A model generated the notes under the pieces. It did not search any database. It was not told the origin of the DNA and saw nothing but the letters and a program-made list of their open reading frames with translations. From an uncultured Clostridia bacterium (GTDB lineage Bacteria > Bacillota > Clostridia > UMGS1883), in NCBI GenBank assembly GCA_947624455.1, contig CANQKL010000001.1, positions 1 to 45,276 on the forward strand: a DNA stretch of 45,276 bases. Reading direction: 5' to 3'. The position numbers and the translations under genes were made by a program. Below, one piece after another: positions 17,154-26,132 of this stretch (its first letter is position 1; each line of letters begins with the position of its first letter).

Positions 17154-18076
17154 ATCAAAAGCACTTACTTACGCTCCACGACTGGAGCTCCGACGATATT
17201 TTAGAAACTCTCGCCCTGGCGGATAAGCTCAAGAGGGAGCTTAAGGCCGGAACGGCGCGCCCGATTTTGTCGGGCAAGACCCTGGCGATGATCTTTACAA
17301 AGTCCTCCACCCGCACCCGCGTCTCCTTTGAGACGGGGATATATCAGTTGGGCGGGCAGGGGATATTCCTGTCCTCCGCCGACATACAGCTTGGCCGGGG
17401 GGAGACTATCTACGACACCGCCAACGTTCTGGGCCGGTATGTGGACGGCATTATGATACGCACCTTCAAGCAGTCGGACGTTGAGGATCTGGCCCGTTAC
17501 AGCGGCATACCCGTCATCAACGGCCTTACGGATCTGGTACACCCCTGTCAGGTGCTGGCCGATCTCCAGACCGTGGCTGAAAAGAAGGGGAAGCTGGAGG
17601 GCCTTAAGCTGGCCTATGTGGGCGATGGCAACAATATGGCCCACTCCTACCTTTACGGCTGCGTCAAGGTGGGCATGGACGTGGCCATAGCCACTCCCGC
17701 AGGCTACGGCTGCAACGGCGAGGTGGTCGAAAACGCCAAAAACGACGCCCGTGCCACCGGCGTGACCGTAACTGTTACCAACGACCCTGTGGAGGCGGTG
17801 ACCGGAGCCGACGTTGTCTGCACCGACACCTGGTGCTCCATGGGTCAGGAGGCGGAAAAGGCCCGCCGCATAAAGGACTTCGAGGGCTATCAGGTGGACG
17901 GCAAGCTCTTTGCCAAGGCCAGGGAGGACGCGATTTTCCTCCACTGTCTGCCGGCGTACCGGGGCTTCGAGGTGACCGAGGAGGTCATAGACGGCCCACG
18001 CAGCGTCATATTCGACGAGGCCGAGAACCGTCTCCACGCCCAAAAGGCCGTGATGGCGCTGCTGATGGGAAATTAG
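17150..18076 (+). CDS. argF: Ornithine carbamoyltransferase
   Basis: Motifs STRTR, HPCQ and HCLP. ATG 17150 overlaps the argD stop. Confidence 0.92.
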   Translation: MNQKHLLTLHDWSSDDILETLALADKLKRELKAGTARPILSGKTLAMIFTKSSTRTRVSFETGIYQLGGQGIFLSSADIQLGRGETIYDTANVLGRYVDGIMIRTFKQSDVEDLARYSGIPVINGLTDLVHPCQVLADLQTVAEKKGKLEGLKLAYVGDGNNMAHSYLYGCVKVGMDVAIATPAGYGCNGEVVENAKNDARATGVTVTVTNDPVEAVTGADVVCTDTWCSMGQEAEKARRIKDFEGYQVDGKLFAKAREDAIFLHCLPAYRGFEVTEEVIDGPRSVIFDEAENRLHAQKAVMALLMGN

Positions 18077-18077
18077 G

Positions 18078-18170
18078 CCGCGCAAAAGTACGCAAAATAA
18101 AAGTTGTTGCGACAAACAACGCCGAAGGCGTTTACGAAGTTTTGGAAATATGATAAATTGTGTTGTTGCG
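18078..18170 (+). repeat. Dispersed intergenic repeat, family A, copy 1
   Basis: About 93% identical to 40194-40287. Contains hairpins gttgtt..aacaac and aacgcc-gaa-ggcgtt. Confidence 0.85.
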
Positions 18171-18200
18171 ACAATAGCCGAGCCACGGGAGGAACGAACC

Positions 18201-18677
18201 ATGAACGGAGTGTTTCAGATACGCATGGCCACGGAGGCCGACGCCGAGGCCATCTATTCCATAACCCGGGAGGCCTTCCGCAAATACTGCGAAATGGCCG
18301 GACTGAGCGACATCGAGGCCCTTCGCGAGACTGTGGAGGACGTTCGCCGGGACATCGCGGAAAAGACGGTGATCGTGGCTTACCTTGACAATACGGTGGT
18401 GGGGAGCCTGCGAATGACCTTTGACTCCGCCGCCCTGACCGCCTATATCAGCCGCTTCGGGGTCAGCCGTCAGTACCGGAACAACGGCATCGGCAAGGCC
18501 CTGTCCAACGTGGCCGACATGATAGCTCGGGGGCGGGGGATGCGTCAGGCCCGGCTCCACACCGCCGCCAAGCTGGCGGAGATAGTGCGCTTCTATTACT
18601 CCCGGGGCTTTTATATTGAGTCCGTGTCCAAAGATAGGGGCTATCTCAGGGCCGAAATGGTAAAGGACTATACATAA
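18201..18677 (+). CDS. GNAT-family N-acetyltransferase
   Basis: ATG 18201 follows GGGAGGA. Acetyl-CoA motif QYRNNGIGKAL. Confidence 0.8.
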   Translation: MNGVFQIRMATEADAEAIYSITREAFRKYCEMAGLSDIEALRETVEDVRRDIAEKTVIVAYLDNTVVGSLRMTFDSAALTAYISRFGVSRQYRNNGIGKALSNVADMIARGRGMRQARLHTAAKLAEIVRFYYSRGFYIESVSKDRGYLRAEMVKDYT

Positions 18678-19087
18678 TGAGATATTTATCTGTGAATTTT
18701 CGCTCCGCGAATATAATAATGAAGAAACTGCTTTTGCTCGTTTCCTGTCTGACGCTCCTCGCCGCCTGCGGACAGGAGCTTTCCGCCGAGGACGTGGCGG
18801 GCGCGTGGGAAAACGGGTCGGCCCAGGTTTACCTGGGCGAGGACGGGAGCTATGAGATAAAGTACGCCGACCCCAAGGCCGGAGAGCTGGCCTCGGAAAG
18901 CGGGAAGTTCCAGCTTGACGGGGGAAAGATACTGCTGCAAAGGCGGGATAGGTACAGGCTGAACGACCTGGGGGAGACGGAATTTCGCCGCCTTATGGAG
19001 ACTGAGGACCGCAAGCTGGATGTCAGTCTGGACGGGGACGCCCTTACCCTGGACGGGGAGGAATACCAACGCCGTCCGGAAGGGTGA
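18677..19087 (+). CDS. Small lipoprotein (alternative start ATG 18719)
   Basis: Signal peptide MKKLLLLVSCLTLLAAC with lipobox LAAC. TAATG overlap with the GNAT stop at 18675-18679. Confidence 0.6.
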   Translation: MRYLSVNFRSANIIMKKLLLLVSCLTLLAACGQELSAEDVAGAWENGSAQVYLGEDGSYEIKYADPKAGELASESGKFQLDGGKILLQRRDRYRLNDLGETEFRRLMETEDRKLDVSLDGDALTLDGEEYQRRPEG

Positions 19088-19185
19088 AATATTTGTTCGT
19101 TTGTAAGATGGCCCAAAGATTCTATTTGGGCCGCCGGTATCGGCAATAGCTGACCTTTGGTCAAAAAAACAGAAAGGATGATACT

Positions 19186-19815
19186 ATGGAAAAGAAGATC
19201 GCAAAGGCGTTGCTGTCCATCGGGGCGGTATTTCTGCGGCCGGAGCAGCCCTTCACCTGGGCCAGCGGCATTAAAAGTCCCATTTACTGCGACAACCGCC
19301 TGACCCTGACCGCTCCCGAGGTGCGCACACAGGTGGAGGAAGGGCTTGCGGAGGTTATTCGGGCCAACTATCCCGACGTGGAGGTACTGATGGGAACCAG
19401 CACCGCCGGTATCGCCCACGCCGCCATCACAGCCCATCTCATGGGTCTGCCCATGGGCTATGTCCGCAGCGGGGCCAAGGATCACGGCCGGGCCAATCAG
19501 ATAGAGGGCAAGCTGGAGCCAGGGCGGAAGGTAGTCGTGGTGGAAGATCTTATTTCCACCGGCGGCAGCGTGTTAGAGGTGGTAAAGGCCCTTCGTGAGG
19601 CGGGGGCGCAGGTGCTGGGCATCGCCAGCATATTCACCTATGGCATGAAGAAGGGGCTTGAGCGGCTGGCCGAGGCCCAGGTAAAGAACGTCAGCCTTTC
19701 CAATATTGACGCGGTAGTTCAGGTCGCCGCGGAGGACGGCTATATCAAGGCCGAGGACGGGGCGAAGATATTGAAGTTCCGGGATAATCCCAGCGACGAG
19801 AGCTGGATAAAGTAG
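19186..19815 (+). CDS. pyrE: Orotate phosphoribosyltransferase
   Basis: PRPP-binding loop [13 protein letters not shown]; Firmicutes-type PyrE N-terminus and length. Confidence 0.9.
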   Translation: MEKKIAKALLSIGAVFLRPEQPFTWASGIKSPIYCDNRLTLTAPEVRTQVEEGLAEVIRANYPDVEVLMGTSTAGIAHAAITAHLMGLPMGYVRSGAKDHGRANQIEGKLEPGRKVVVVEDLISTGGSVLEVVKALREAGAQVLGIASIFTYGMKKGLERLAEAQVKNVSLSNIDAVVQVAAEDGYIKAEDGAKILKFRDNPSDESWIK

Positions 19816-19840
19816 GGATCGCGGGGAATATGGTTCCCTG

Positions 19841-19985
19841 CCATTTACCGTAAATGGAATATTGCGGGCGGCCAATGGCCGCCCCTACGGAATCAAGGCC
19901 ATATTTGCGGCCAATTAGCACATTTACGTTCCATTCCCCCGTAGGGGCGCGCATTGCGCGTCCGCATACACAAATTTACGGTACG
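19841..19985. repeat. REP-like doublet (family B): two GTAG+palindrome units, head to head
   Basis: Reverse unit gcgggcggccaatggccgcccCTAC (19864-19888) and forward unit GTAGgggcgcgcattgcgcgtccgc (19941-19965), flanked by (A)TTTACG motifs. Confidence 0.7.
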
Positions 19986-20009
19986 GTCATGCGGGTTTGG
20001 TTTACCGGC

Positions 20010-20046
20010 ACACGAAAAAAGCGCCCTCGGGGCGCTTTTTTCGTGT
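20010..20046. terminator. Bidirectional intrinsic terminator between pyrE (+) and the toxin operon (-)
   Basis: acacgaaaaaagcgccc-tcg-gggcgcttttttcgtgt, a 17-bp stem with A and T tracts built in. Confidence 0.75.
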
Positions 20047-20055
20047 TAAACAGTT

Positions 20056-20247
20056 TCAATCCCAGTCTATATCGTCCATCGAAACAGTTCCAAACTCAGC
20101 GATGCTTTCGTTTGCGCGGGTTATCGCTTTGACCTCGTCGGGCAGCGGTTCATCTTCGGGAATAAATCTTATCAACAGTTGGAAAATGATATTTATGTCC
20201 TTCTCATCTATAATATCAATCATTTCTTTTAGGGCTTCTCTGCTCAT
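20056..20247 (-). CDS. Acidic 63-aa protein, candidate cognate antitoxin (no recognisable DNA-binding fold)
   Basis: AAGGAGG lies 7 nt upstream of the ATG and 12 nt after the toxin stop. Acidic C-terminus EDEPLPDEVKAITRANESIAEFGTVSMDDIDWD. Confidence 0.5.
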   Translation of the reverse strand: MSREALKEMIDIIDEKDINIIFQLLIRFIPEDEPLPDEVKAITRANESIAEFGTVSMDDIDWD

Positions 20248-20259
20248 AACATTACCTCC

Positions 20260-20499
20260 TTATAAGCGTTTATATGCTTCCCCTCTGGGCAGCACGTCTT
20301 TAACTGTGATAACGTCGTTTTCTATTGAAAACAACACCCGGTAATCCCCGACGCGAAGCCTATAATCCCTTTTAAAACCGGTCAACCTCTTTATATCCCC
20401 CGCTGGCAGCTCATAAATGGCGTCCTTAATTCGCCGCTTCGCGATCCGGTCAAGCGCTTCTATGTGCTTCTTAGCGTCTTTGCTCAAACGTATTTCCAC
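20260..20499 (-). CDS. RelE/ParE-family type II toxin
   Basis: GTG start follows AAGGGGA. The pattern ...GDIKRLTGFKRDYRLRVGDYRVLFSIENDVITVKDVLPRGEAY is the ParE_toxin/RelE signature. Confidence 0.8.
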   Translation of the reverse strand: MEIRLSKDAKKHIEALDRIAKRRIKDAIYELPAGDIKRLTGFKRDYRLRVGDYRVLFSIENDVITVKDVLPRGEAYKRL

Positions 20500-20522
20500 T
20501 TGGATACATCCCCTTTAATTTT

Positions 20523-20550
20523 ATTATACCACTTTCCGCCGGTTTGTCAA
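20523..20550 (-). promoter_or_regulatory. Promoter of the toxin operon
   Basis: On the minus strand: TTGACA, 16-nt spacer, TGgTATAAT (extended -10). Confidence 0.6.
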
Positions 20551-20608
20551 TAGGGAAATCCCGCCCCGAAAAAGGCCGTCCCGTCTTGCCCGACCCTCAA
20601 ATTCGCTC

Positions 20609-20649
20609 AAAACCGCACAAAAACGTTGCCACTTTTTTGTGCGGTTTTT
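20609..20649. terminator. Strong A/T-flanked hairpin with no gene to terminate
   Basis: aaaaccgcacaaaaa / tttttgtgcggtttt, about a 14-bp stem, with A-tract and T-tract arms. Confidence 0.4.
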
Positions 20650-20688
20650 ACAAAATTTTAAAAAGTAAAAAAAATTTTACAAAACCGC

Positions 20689-20717
20689 TTGCAAAATTTT
20701 GGCGGCTGAGGTATAAT
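20689..20717 (+). promoter_or_regulatory. Promoter of the S10 operon
   Basis: TTGCAA (20689-20694), 17-nt spacer, TATAAT (20712-20717), preceded by an AT-rich UP-like tract. Confidence 0.65.
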
Positions 20718-20723
20718 GTTAAA

Positions 20724-21015
20724 GCTGTGACATGACATACTATGAAGCGGGAGGTTGCCGGCAAAAGGCCGGGTTTTTCCGTGGAGAATGTCCGGCTCAC
20801 GAAGCCGGGCGGCAGTCACTGTACAACATGATAAAGCTTTGCGTGCATCGATTCTTCGATGGTGGGACCCCTTGTTCCCGCGCCCATCTTCATGTAGTAC
20901 CCGGAGCTCAGCGTCCGGGTTTTAGTATGGCTAAGGGTGAAACGCCCGGAGCTATGTACAGGCGTCGCATGAGTCACAAATAACTTATTCTATTATTTTA
21001 TTAGGAGGCACATGT
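20724..21015 (+). promoter_or_regulatory. About 290-nt structured leader of the S10 operon (candidate r-protein autoregulatory leader or ncRNA)
   Basis: Several hairpins, including catcga-ttct-tcgatg and two followed by T-runs (20758-20778, 20899-23). No credible coding ORF. Confidence 0.45.
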
Positions 21016-21342
21016 ATGGCAGCAAAGCAAAAAATGAGAATCAGGATCAAGGGTTACGACCACGTTCTTCTCGACCAGTCCGCGGAAAAAATCGTGGAAA
21101 CAGCCAAGAGAACAGGCTCCACAGTCTCCGGTCCCATCCCCCTGCCCACTGAAAAGGAAATCGTTACCATCCTCCGCGCCGTCCACAAGGACAAGGACAG
21201 CCGCGAACAGTTCGAGCAGAGAACCCACAAGAGATTGATCGACATTCTCAACCCCACTCCCAAGACCATGGAGGCTCTCGGCAAGCTGGACGTTCCCGCT
21301 GGCGTGAGCATCGACGTCAAGCTCATCGACAAGAGCAAGTGA
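21016..21342 (+). CDS. rpsJ: 30S ribosomal protein S10
   Basis: [17 protein letters not shown]...; AGGAGG RBS; first gene of the S10 operon. Confidence 0.97.
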   Translation: MAAKQKMRIRIKGYDHVLLDQSAEKIVETAKRTGSTVSGPIPLPTEKEIVTILRAVHKDKDSREQFEQRTHKRLIDILNPTPKTMEALGKLDVPAGVSIDVKLIDKSK

Positions 21343-21408
21343 GTTTTGGACCGTTAAGGTAATGTTGGCCCTAAGGTCAACCAATAACCGTATAAGGAGG
21401 ATAATTTT

Positions 21409-22041
21409 ATGCAGAAGGCAATCATCGGCAAGAAAATCGGTATGACCCAGATTTTTGACGCCACAGGCAAGGTAATTCCCGTTACTGTTATCGAGGCGGG
21501 CCCCTGCCCCGTAGTCCAGAAAAAGACCAGCGAGGTCGACGGATACGAGGCCGTTCAGGTGGGCTTCGGCGATAAAAAGGAAAAGCGCTCCAACAAGGCT
21601 GAGCTGGGCCACTTCAACAAGGCCGGCGTCAGCGTGCGCAAGGTGCTTAAAGAGCTGCGTCTGGCCGACGTGAGCGGCCTCAACGTGGGCGACGAGATCA
21701 AGTGCGACGTTTTCGCCGAGGGCGACAGAGTAGACGTCAGCGGCACCAGCAAGGGTAAGGGCTACGCCGGCGTTATCAAGCGCTTCGGCACTCACCGCCT
21801 TAAGGAAACCCACGGTACCGGCCCCGTACACCGCCATCCCGGCTCTATGGGCGCCTGCTCCACTCCCTCCAGAGTTATGAAGGGCAAGAAGCTCCCCGGC
21901 CACATGGGCGCCGAAAAGGTCACCGTCCAGAACCTGGACGTGGTTCGGGTGGATACCGAGCGCAACCTCATCCTTGTGAGAGGCGCCGTTCCCGGCCCCA
22001 AGGGCGGCATCGTCACAATCAAGAATACAGTGAAGGCTTAA
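21409..22041 (+). CDS. rplC: 50S ribosomal protein L3
   Basis: [12 protein letters not shown]...; conserved gene order. Confidence 0.97.
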   Translation: MQKAIIGKKIGMTQIFDATGKVIPVTVIEAGPCPVVQKKTSEVDGYEAVQVGFGDKKEKRSNKAELGHFNKAGVSVRKVLKELRLADVSGLNVGDEIKCDVFAEGDRVDVSGTSKGKGYAGVIKRFGTHRLKETHGTGPVHRHPGSMGACSTPSRVMKGKKLPGHMGAEKVTVQNLDVVRVDTERNLILVRGAVPGPKGGIVTIKNTVKA

Positions 22042-22067
22042 GTGCCTAACGGAAAGGAGATGCTAAT

Positions 22068-22691
22068 ATGCCTACAGCAGTATTATATAATGTGCATGGC
22101 AGCAAGGTGGGCCAGATCGAGCTGAGCGACAAGCTTTTTGGCGCCGAGGTCAACATGAGCGTCCTTCACGACAGCGTTGTGAACTACCTTGCCAACCAGA
22201 GACAGGGTACCCAGAGTACCAAGACCCGCACGGAGGTCAAGGGCGGCGGCAAAAAGCCTTACCGCCAGAAGGGTACCGGCCGGGCCCGCCAGGGCTCCAC
22301 GAGAGCTCCCCAGTGGACAAAGGGCGGCGTGGCTTTAGGCCCCAAGCCCAGAGATTATTCCTATAACCTCAATAAAAAGGTAAAGAAACTGGCCATGATC
22401 AGCGCTCTCAGCAGCAAGGCTGAGGAAAACAGCATTTACGTTGTGGAGGGCCTTTACTTGGACGAGGCTAAGACAAAGACCATAGCCGCTATGCTCAAAG
22501 AAATGGGCGTCAGCGATAAGACCCTTATCGTTACGGCCGAAATGGAAAAGAACGTGTATCTTTCCGCCAGAAACATCGAGGGCGTGGACGCCTCTTATGT
22601 GGGAATGTTGAACGTTTATTCCGTGCTGGCTCACGATAAGCTGGTTCTCGCTAAGGAAGCCCTTCCCAGACTTGAGGAGGTATATGCGTAA
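22068..22691 (+). CDS. rplD: 50S ribosomal protein L4
   Basis: [15 protein letters not shown] motif. Confidence 0.97.
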   Translation: MPTAVLYNVHGSKVGQIELSDKLFGAEVNMSVLHDSVVNYLANQRQGTQSTKTRTEVKGGGKKPYRQKGTGRARQGSTRAPQWTKGGVALGPKPRDYSYNLNKKVKKLAMISALSSKAEENSIYVVEGLYLDEAKTKTIAAMLKEMGVSDKTLIVTAEMEKNVYLSARNIEGVDASYVGMLNVYSVLAHDKLVLAKEALPRLEEVYA

Positions 22692-22981
22692 TGAATTCCT
22701 ACGAAATCGTTAAAAGACCTATAATCACCGAACATTCCATGGACCAGATGGCCGACCGCAAGTACACCTTCGAGGTGGCTAAGGAGGCCAACAAGGTCGA
22801 GATAAAGAAGGCCGTTGAGGAGATCTTCGGCGTTCAGGTCGAAAAGGTCACCACTATGCGGATGCTGGGCAAGGTGAAGCGCATGGGCGCTAACTCCGGC
22901 AAAAGACCCGACTGGAAAAAGGCCGTTGTCAAGCTCACCGAGGGCAGCAAGACCATCGAGTTCTTTGACGGCTTAATGTAA
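22691..22981 (+). CDS. rplW: 50S ribosomal protein L23
   Basis: TAATG overlap with rplD; YTFEV...[16 protein letters not shown]. Confidence 0.96.
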   Translation: MNSYEIVKRPIITEHSMDQMADRKYTFEVAKEANKVEIKKAVEEIFGVQVEKVTTMRMLGKVKRMGANSGKRPDWKKAVVKLTEGSKTIEFFDGLM

Positions 22982-23001
22982 TCAGATAGGAGTGAATCAA
23001 A

Positions 23002-23835
23002 ATGGCAATAAAGAAGTATAAGCCTACCTCTCCCGCCCGCAGACAGATGACTGTCTCCACCTTTGAGGAGATCACAAAGACCACTCCCGAGCGGTCCCTC
23101 CTCAAGCCCCTCAAGTCCAAGGCCGGCAGGAACTCTTACGGCAGGATCACCGTTCGTCATCGGGGCGGCGGAGTAAAGAGAAAATACAGAGTTATCGACT
23201 TCAAACGCGATAAGGTGGGCATGACCGCCAACGTTATCGCCATAGAATACGACCCCAACCGCAGCGCCAACATCGCTCTCGTTCAGTACGAGGACGGGGA
23301 GAAGAGATACATCGTGGCTCCCAACGGCGTGGGCGTGGGCGACGTTCTGGAGACCGGCGAACACGCGGACATCCGTCCCGGCAACGCCCTTCCCCTGGCG
23401 TCTATCCCCGTGGGTACCGTTATCCACAACATCGAGCTTCAGCCCGGCAAGGGCGCCCAGCTCGTGCGGGCCGCCGGAGCCAGCGCTCAGCTTATGGCTA
23501 AGGAGAACGGCTACGCTCAGGTGCGCCTCCCCAGCGGCGAGGTGCGCATGATAAGCCTGGTTTGCAAGGCTACTATCGGCCAGGTGGGCAACCTGGACCA
23601 TGAAAATATTTCCCTCGGCAGCGCCGGCAGAAAGCGCCATATGGGCTGGAGACCCACGGTCCGCGGCGTGGTTATGAACCCCAACGACCACCCTCACGGC
23701 GGCGGCGAAGGCAAATCCCCCGTTGGTATGCCCTCTCCCGTTACCCCCTGGGGCAAGCCCGCCCTCGGTCTTAAGACCCGCAAGCACAAGAAGGCTTCCA
23801 ACAAGTTCATTGTTAAGAGCCGCAAGCAAAAGTAA
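23002..23835 (+). CDS. rplB: 50S ribosomal protein L2
   Basis: [25 protein letters not shown]. Confidence 0.98.
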   Translation: MAIKKYKPTSPARRQMTVSTFEEITKTTPERSLLKPLKSKAGRNSYGRITVRHRGGGVKRKYRVIDFKRDKVGMTANVIAIEYDPNRSANIALVQYEDGEKRYIVAPNGVGVGDVLETGEHADIRPGNALPLASIPVGTVIHNIELQPGKGAQLVRAAGASAQLMAKENGYAQVRLPSGEVRMISLVCKATIGQVGNLDHENISLGSAGRKRHMGWRPTVRGVVMNPNDHPHGGGEGKSPVGMPSPVTPWGKPALGLKTRKHKKASNKFIVKSRKQK

Positions 23836-23866
23836 GCCGACGGCCCAATAAGAAAGGAATGAAAGT

Positions 23867-24139
23867 ATGAGCAGATCTTTGAAAAAGGGTCCCTTCGTGG
23901 AACCCAAGCTTTTGGCAAGAGTAGAAGCCATGAACGAAGCGGGCGAAAAGAGAGTCCTTAAGACCTGGTCCCGCAGCTCCACTATATTCCCTGAATTCGT
24001 CGGCCACACTATAGCCGTACACGACGGACGCAAGCACGTTCCCGTATATGTGACCGAGGACATGGTCGGACACAAGCTCGGCGAGTTTGCTCCCACCAGG
24101 ACCTACAAGGGCCATCAGGGCGCTAAGAGCTCCAAGTAG
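23867..24139 (+). CDS. rpsS: 30S ribosomal protein S19
   Basis: [10 protein letters not shown]...[23 protein letters not shown]. Confidence 0.98.
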   Translation: MSRSLKKGPFVEPKLLARVEAMNEAGEKRVLKTWSRSSTIFPEFVGHTIAVHDGRKHVPVYVTEDMVGHKLGEFAPTRTYKGHQGAKSSK

Positions 24140-24168
24140 AGCAATTAAAGTAAGGAGGACAAACACAA

Positions 24169-24516
24169 ATGGAGGCTAAGAAAGAAGCCAGGGCTGTGCT
24201 GCGCTACGCTCGCATATCCCCCAGAAAAGTCAAGATTGTAAATGACCTCATCAGGAACAAGCCTGTGGGCGAGGCTATGGGTATCCTCAACAATACCCCC
24301 AAGGCCGCCAGCGAGCTCCTGATAAAGCTCCTTGGCAGCGCTGTGGCAAACGCCGAGAATAACTTCTCCATGAGCAGGGACAACCTCTATATCTCCGAGA
24401 TATACGCCAACGAGGGTCCCACCCTCAAGCGCATCCGTCCCCGGGCCCAGGGCAGAGCGTTCCGGATCATGAAACGGACCAGTCACATTACAATCGTCGT
24501 AAAAGAGAAAGAGTAA
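24169..24516 (+). CDS. rplV: 50S ribosomal protein L22
   Basis: [11 protein letters not shown]...[25 protein letters not shown]. Confidence 0.97.
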   Translation: MEAKKEARAVLRYARISPRKVKIVNDLIRNKPVGEAMGILNNTPKAASELLIKLLGSAVANAENNFSMSRDNLYISEIYANEGPTLKRIRPRAQGRAFRIMKRTSHITIVVKEKE

Positions 24517-24529
24517 GGGAGGCGCAGTT

Positions 24530-25195
24530 ATGGGTCAGAAAGTTAATCCCCACGGCATAAGAATAGGCATTATCAAGGATTGGGACTCCAGATGGTACGC
24601 CGCCGACGGCGCGTTCGGAGACAACCTTGTAGAGGACTACAGGATCCGTGAATATCTTAAGAAAAAGCTTTACAGCGTAGGTGTTTCCCGCATCGAGATC
24701 GAGAAAAAGGCCAACACTCTGCGCATTACGGTTCACACCGCCAAGCCCGGCCTGGTCATCGGACCCAAGGGCGAAAATATCGAAAAGCTGAAGGCCGAGG
24801 TCTCCAAGCTCACCGATAAGCAGGTGTATATCAATATCGCCGAGATCAAGCAGCCGGAGCTGAACGCTCAGCTCGTGGCCGAGGGCATCGCCGCCCAGCT
24901 TGAGAAGCGCGTATCCTTCCGCCGCGCCATGAAGGGCGCCATGCGCGGAAGCATGAGATTCGGCGCCAAGGGCATCAAGACCATGTGCTCCGGCCGTCTG
25001 GGCGGCGCCGAAATCGCCAGAACTGAACAGTACCACGAAGGAACAATTCCCCTTCAGACCCTCCGCGCGGATATCGACTACGGCTTTGCCGAGGCCAATA
25101 CCACTTATGGCAAAATAGGCTGCAAGGTTTGGATCTACAAGGGCGAAATACTTCCCGAGAGCAAAAAAAGACCTCAGGAAGGGGGACGCAAATAA
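24530..25195 (+). CDS. rpsC: 30S ribosomal protein S3
   Basis: [13 protein letters not shown]...; KH domain; RLGGAEIAR. Confidence 0.98.
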   Translation: MGQKVNPHGIRIGIIKDWDSRWYAADGAFGDNLVEDYRIREYLKKKLYSVGVSRIEIEKKANTLRITVHTAKPGLVIGPKGENIEKLKAEVSKLTDKQVYINIAEIKQPELNAQLVAEGIAAQLEKRVSFRRAMKGAMRGSMRFGAKGIKTMCSGRLGGAEIARTEQYHEGTIPLQTLRADIDYGFAEANTTYGKIGCKVWIYKGEILPESKKRPQEGGRK

Positions 25196-25626
25196 TGTTA
25201 ATGCCCAAAAGAGTTAAGCACAGAAAGCAGTTCCGCGGCCGCCTCACCGGCACGGCCCAGCGGGGCAATAAGGTGACTTACGGCGACTTCGGCCTTCAGG
25301 CCCTGGAACCCGCCTGGATCACCAGCAACCAGATAGAAGCCGCCCGTATCGCCATGACCCGTTATACCAAGCGCGGCGGTCAGGTGTGGATCAAGATATT
25401 CCCCGACAAGCCCATCACTGAGAAGCCCGCCGAGACCCGAATGGGTAGCGGTAAAGGCTCTCCCGAGTACTGGGTAGCCGTGGTAAAGCCCGGCAGAGTA
25501 ATGTTTGAGATCGGCGGCGTAGCCGAGGACGTGGCCAAGGAGGCCCTTCGTCTGGCTATGCACAAGCTTCCCATCAAGTGCAAGTTCGTCGCCCGTGAAG
25601 CAGAGGAAACGGAGGCTGAAGGCTAA
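25195..25626 (+). CDS. rplP: 50S ribosomal protein L16
   Basis: Start ATG 25195 (TAATG overlap with rpsC); [15 protein letters not shown]. Confidence 0.96.
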   Translation: MLMPKRVKHRKQFRGRLTGTAQRGNKVTYGDFGLQALEPAWITSNQIEAARIAMTRYTKRGGQVWIKIFPDKPITEKPAETRMGSGKGSPEYWVAVVKPGRVMFEIGGVAEDVAKEALRLAMHKLPIKCKFVAREAEETEAEG

Positions 25627-25820
25627 TGAAAATCAACGAGATCCGTGAAATGAGTCCCGAAGAATTACAGGCAAAGCTTGCAGACCTTAAAAAGGAGCTT
25701 TTCAACCTGAGATTCCAGCACGCGACTAATCAGCTTGACAACCCCATGCGAATTTCCGCCACTAAAAAGGATATCGCCAAGGTCAACACGATCATTCGCG
25801 AAAAAGAAATGGGCCGGTAA
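25626..25820 (+). CDS. rpmC: 50S ribosomal protein L29
   Basis: TAATG overlap; [14 protein letters not shown]. Confidence 0.95.
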   Translation: MKINEIREMSPEELQAKLADLKKELFNLRFQHATNQLDNPMRISATKKDIAKVNTIIREKEMGR

Positions 25821-25841
25821 GCATAGGAAGGAGGATATAAA

Positions 25842-26099
25842 ATGTCTGAAAGAAATTATCGTAAGGTAAGAGTAGGCAGAGTGGTCAGCGACAAGATGGA
25901 TAAGACCGTGGTCGTAGCCATTCAAGACAGCGTAAAGCACCCTCTCTATGGTAAGGTTGTCAAGAGAACCGTTAGGATAAAGGCTCACGACGAGGAAAAC
26001 ACCTGCAAGGTCGGCGACCGGGTAAGGATAATGGAAACCCGTCCTCTCAGCCACGACAAGAGATGGAGATTAGTGGAGATCGTAGAGAAGGCGAAGTAA
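25842..26099 (+). CDS. rpsQ: 30S ribosomal protein S17
   Basis: [14 protein letters not shown]...[22 protein letters not shown]. Confidence 0.97.
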   Translation: MSERNYRKVRVGRVVSDKMDKTVVVAIQDSVKHPLYGKVVKRTVRIKAHDEENTCKVGDRVRIMETRPLSHDKRWRLVEIVEKAK

Positions 26100-26132
26100 T
26101 CCTTTTCTAAGGAAAGAAGGAGTGAATAATAC

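Noticed and set aside
19088-19185. Hairpin ggcccaaa-gattcta-tttgggcc upstream of pyrE as a PyrR attenuator.
   Set aside because: There is no PyrR binding-loop consensus (ARUCCAGAGAGG), no U-tract and no pyrR gene nearby. It is probably just the end of the lipoprotein transcript.
20732-20983. 83-aa ORF inside the S10 leader.
   Set aside because: The ATG is only about 8 nt from the predicted transcription start with no SD. The product is Cys/Arg/Gly-rich with no motif, and the region is better explained as structured RNA.
22689-22693. TAATG/ATGA/TGATG start-stop overlaps as possible frameshift or recoding sites. They occur at rplD/rplW, rpsC/rplP, rplP/rpmC, argD/argF, adk/map and GNAT/lipoprotein.
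   Set aside because: This is standard translational coupling in operons. Each downstream protein begins at its canonical N-terminus.
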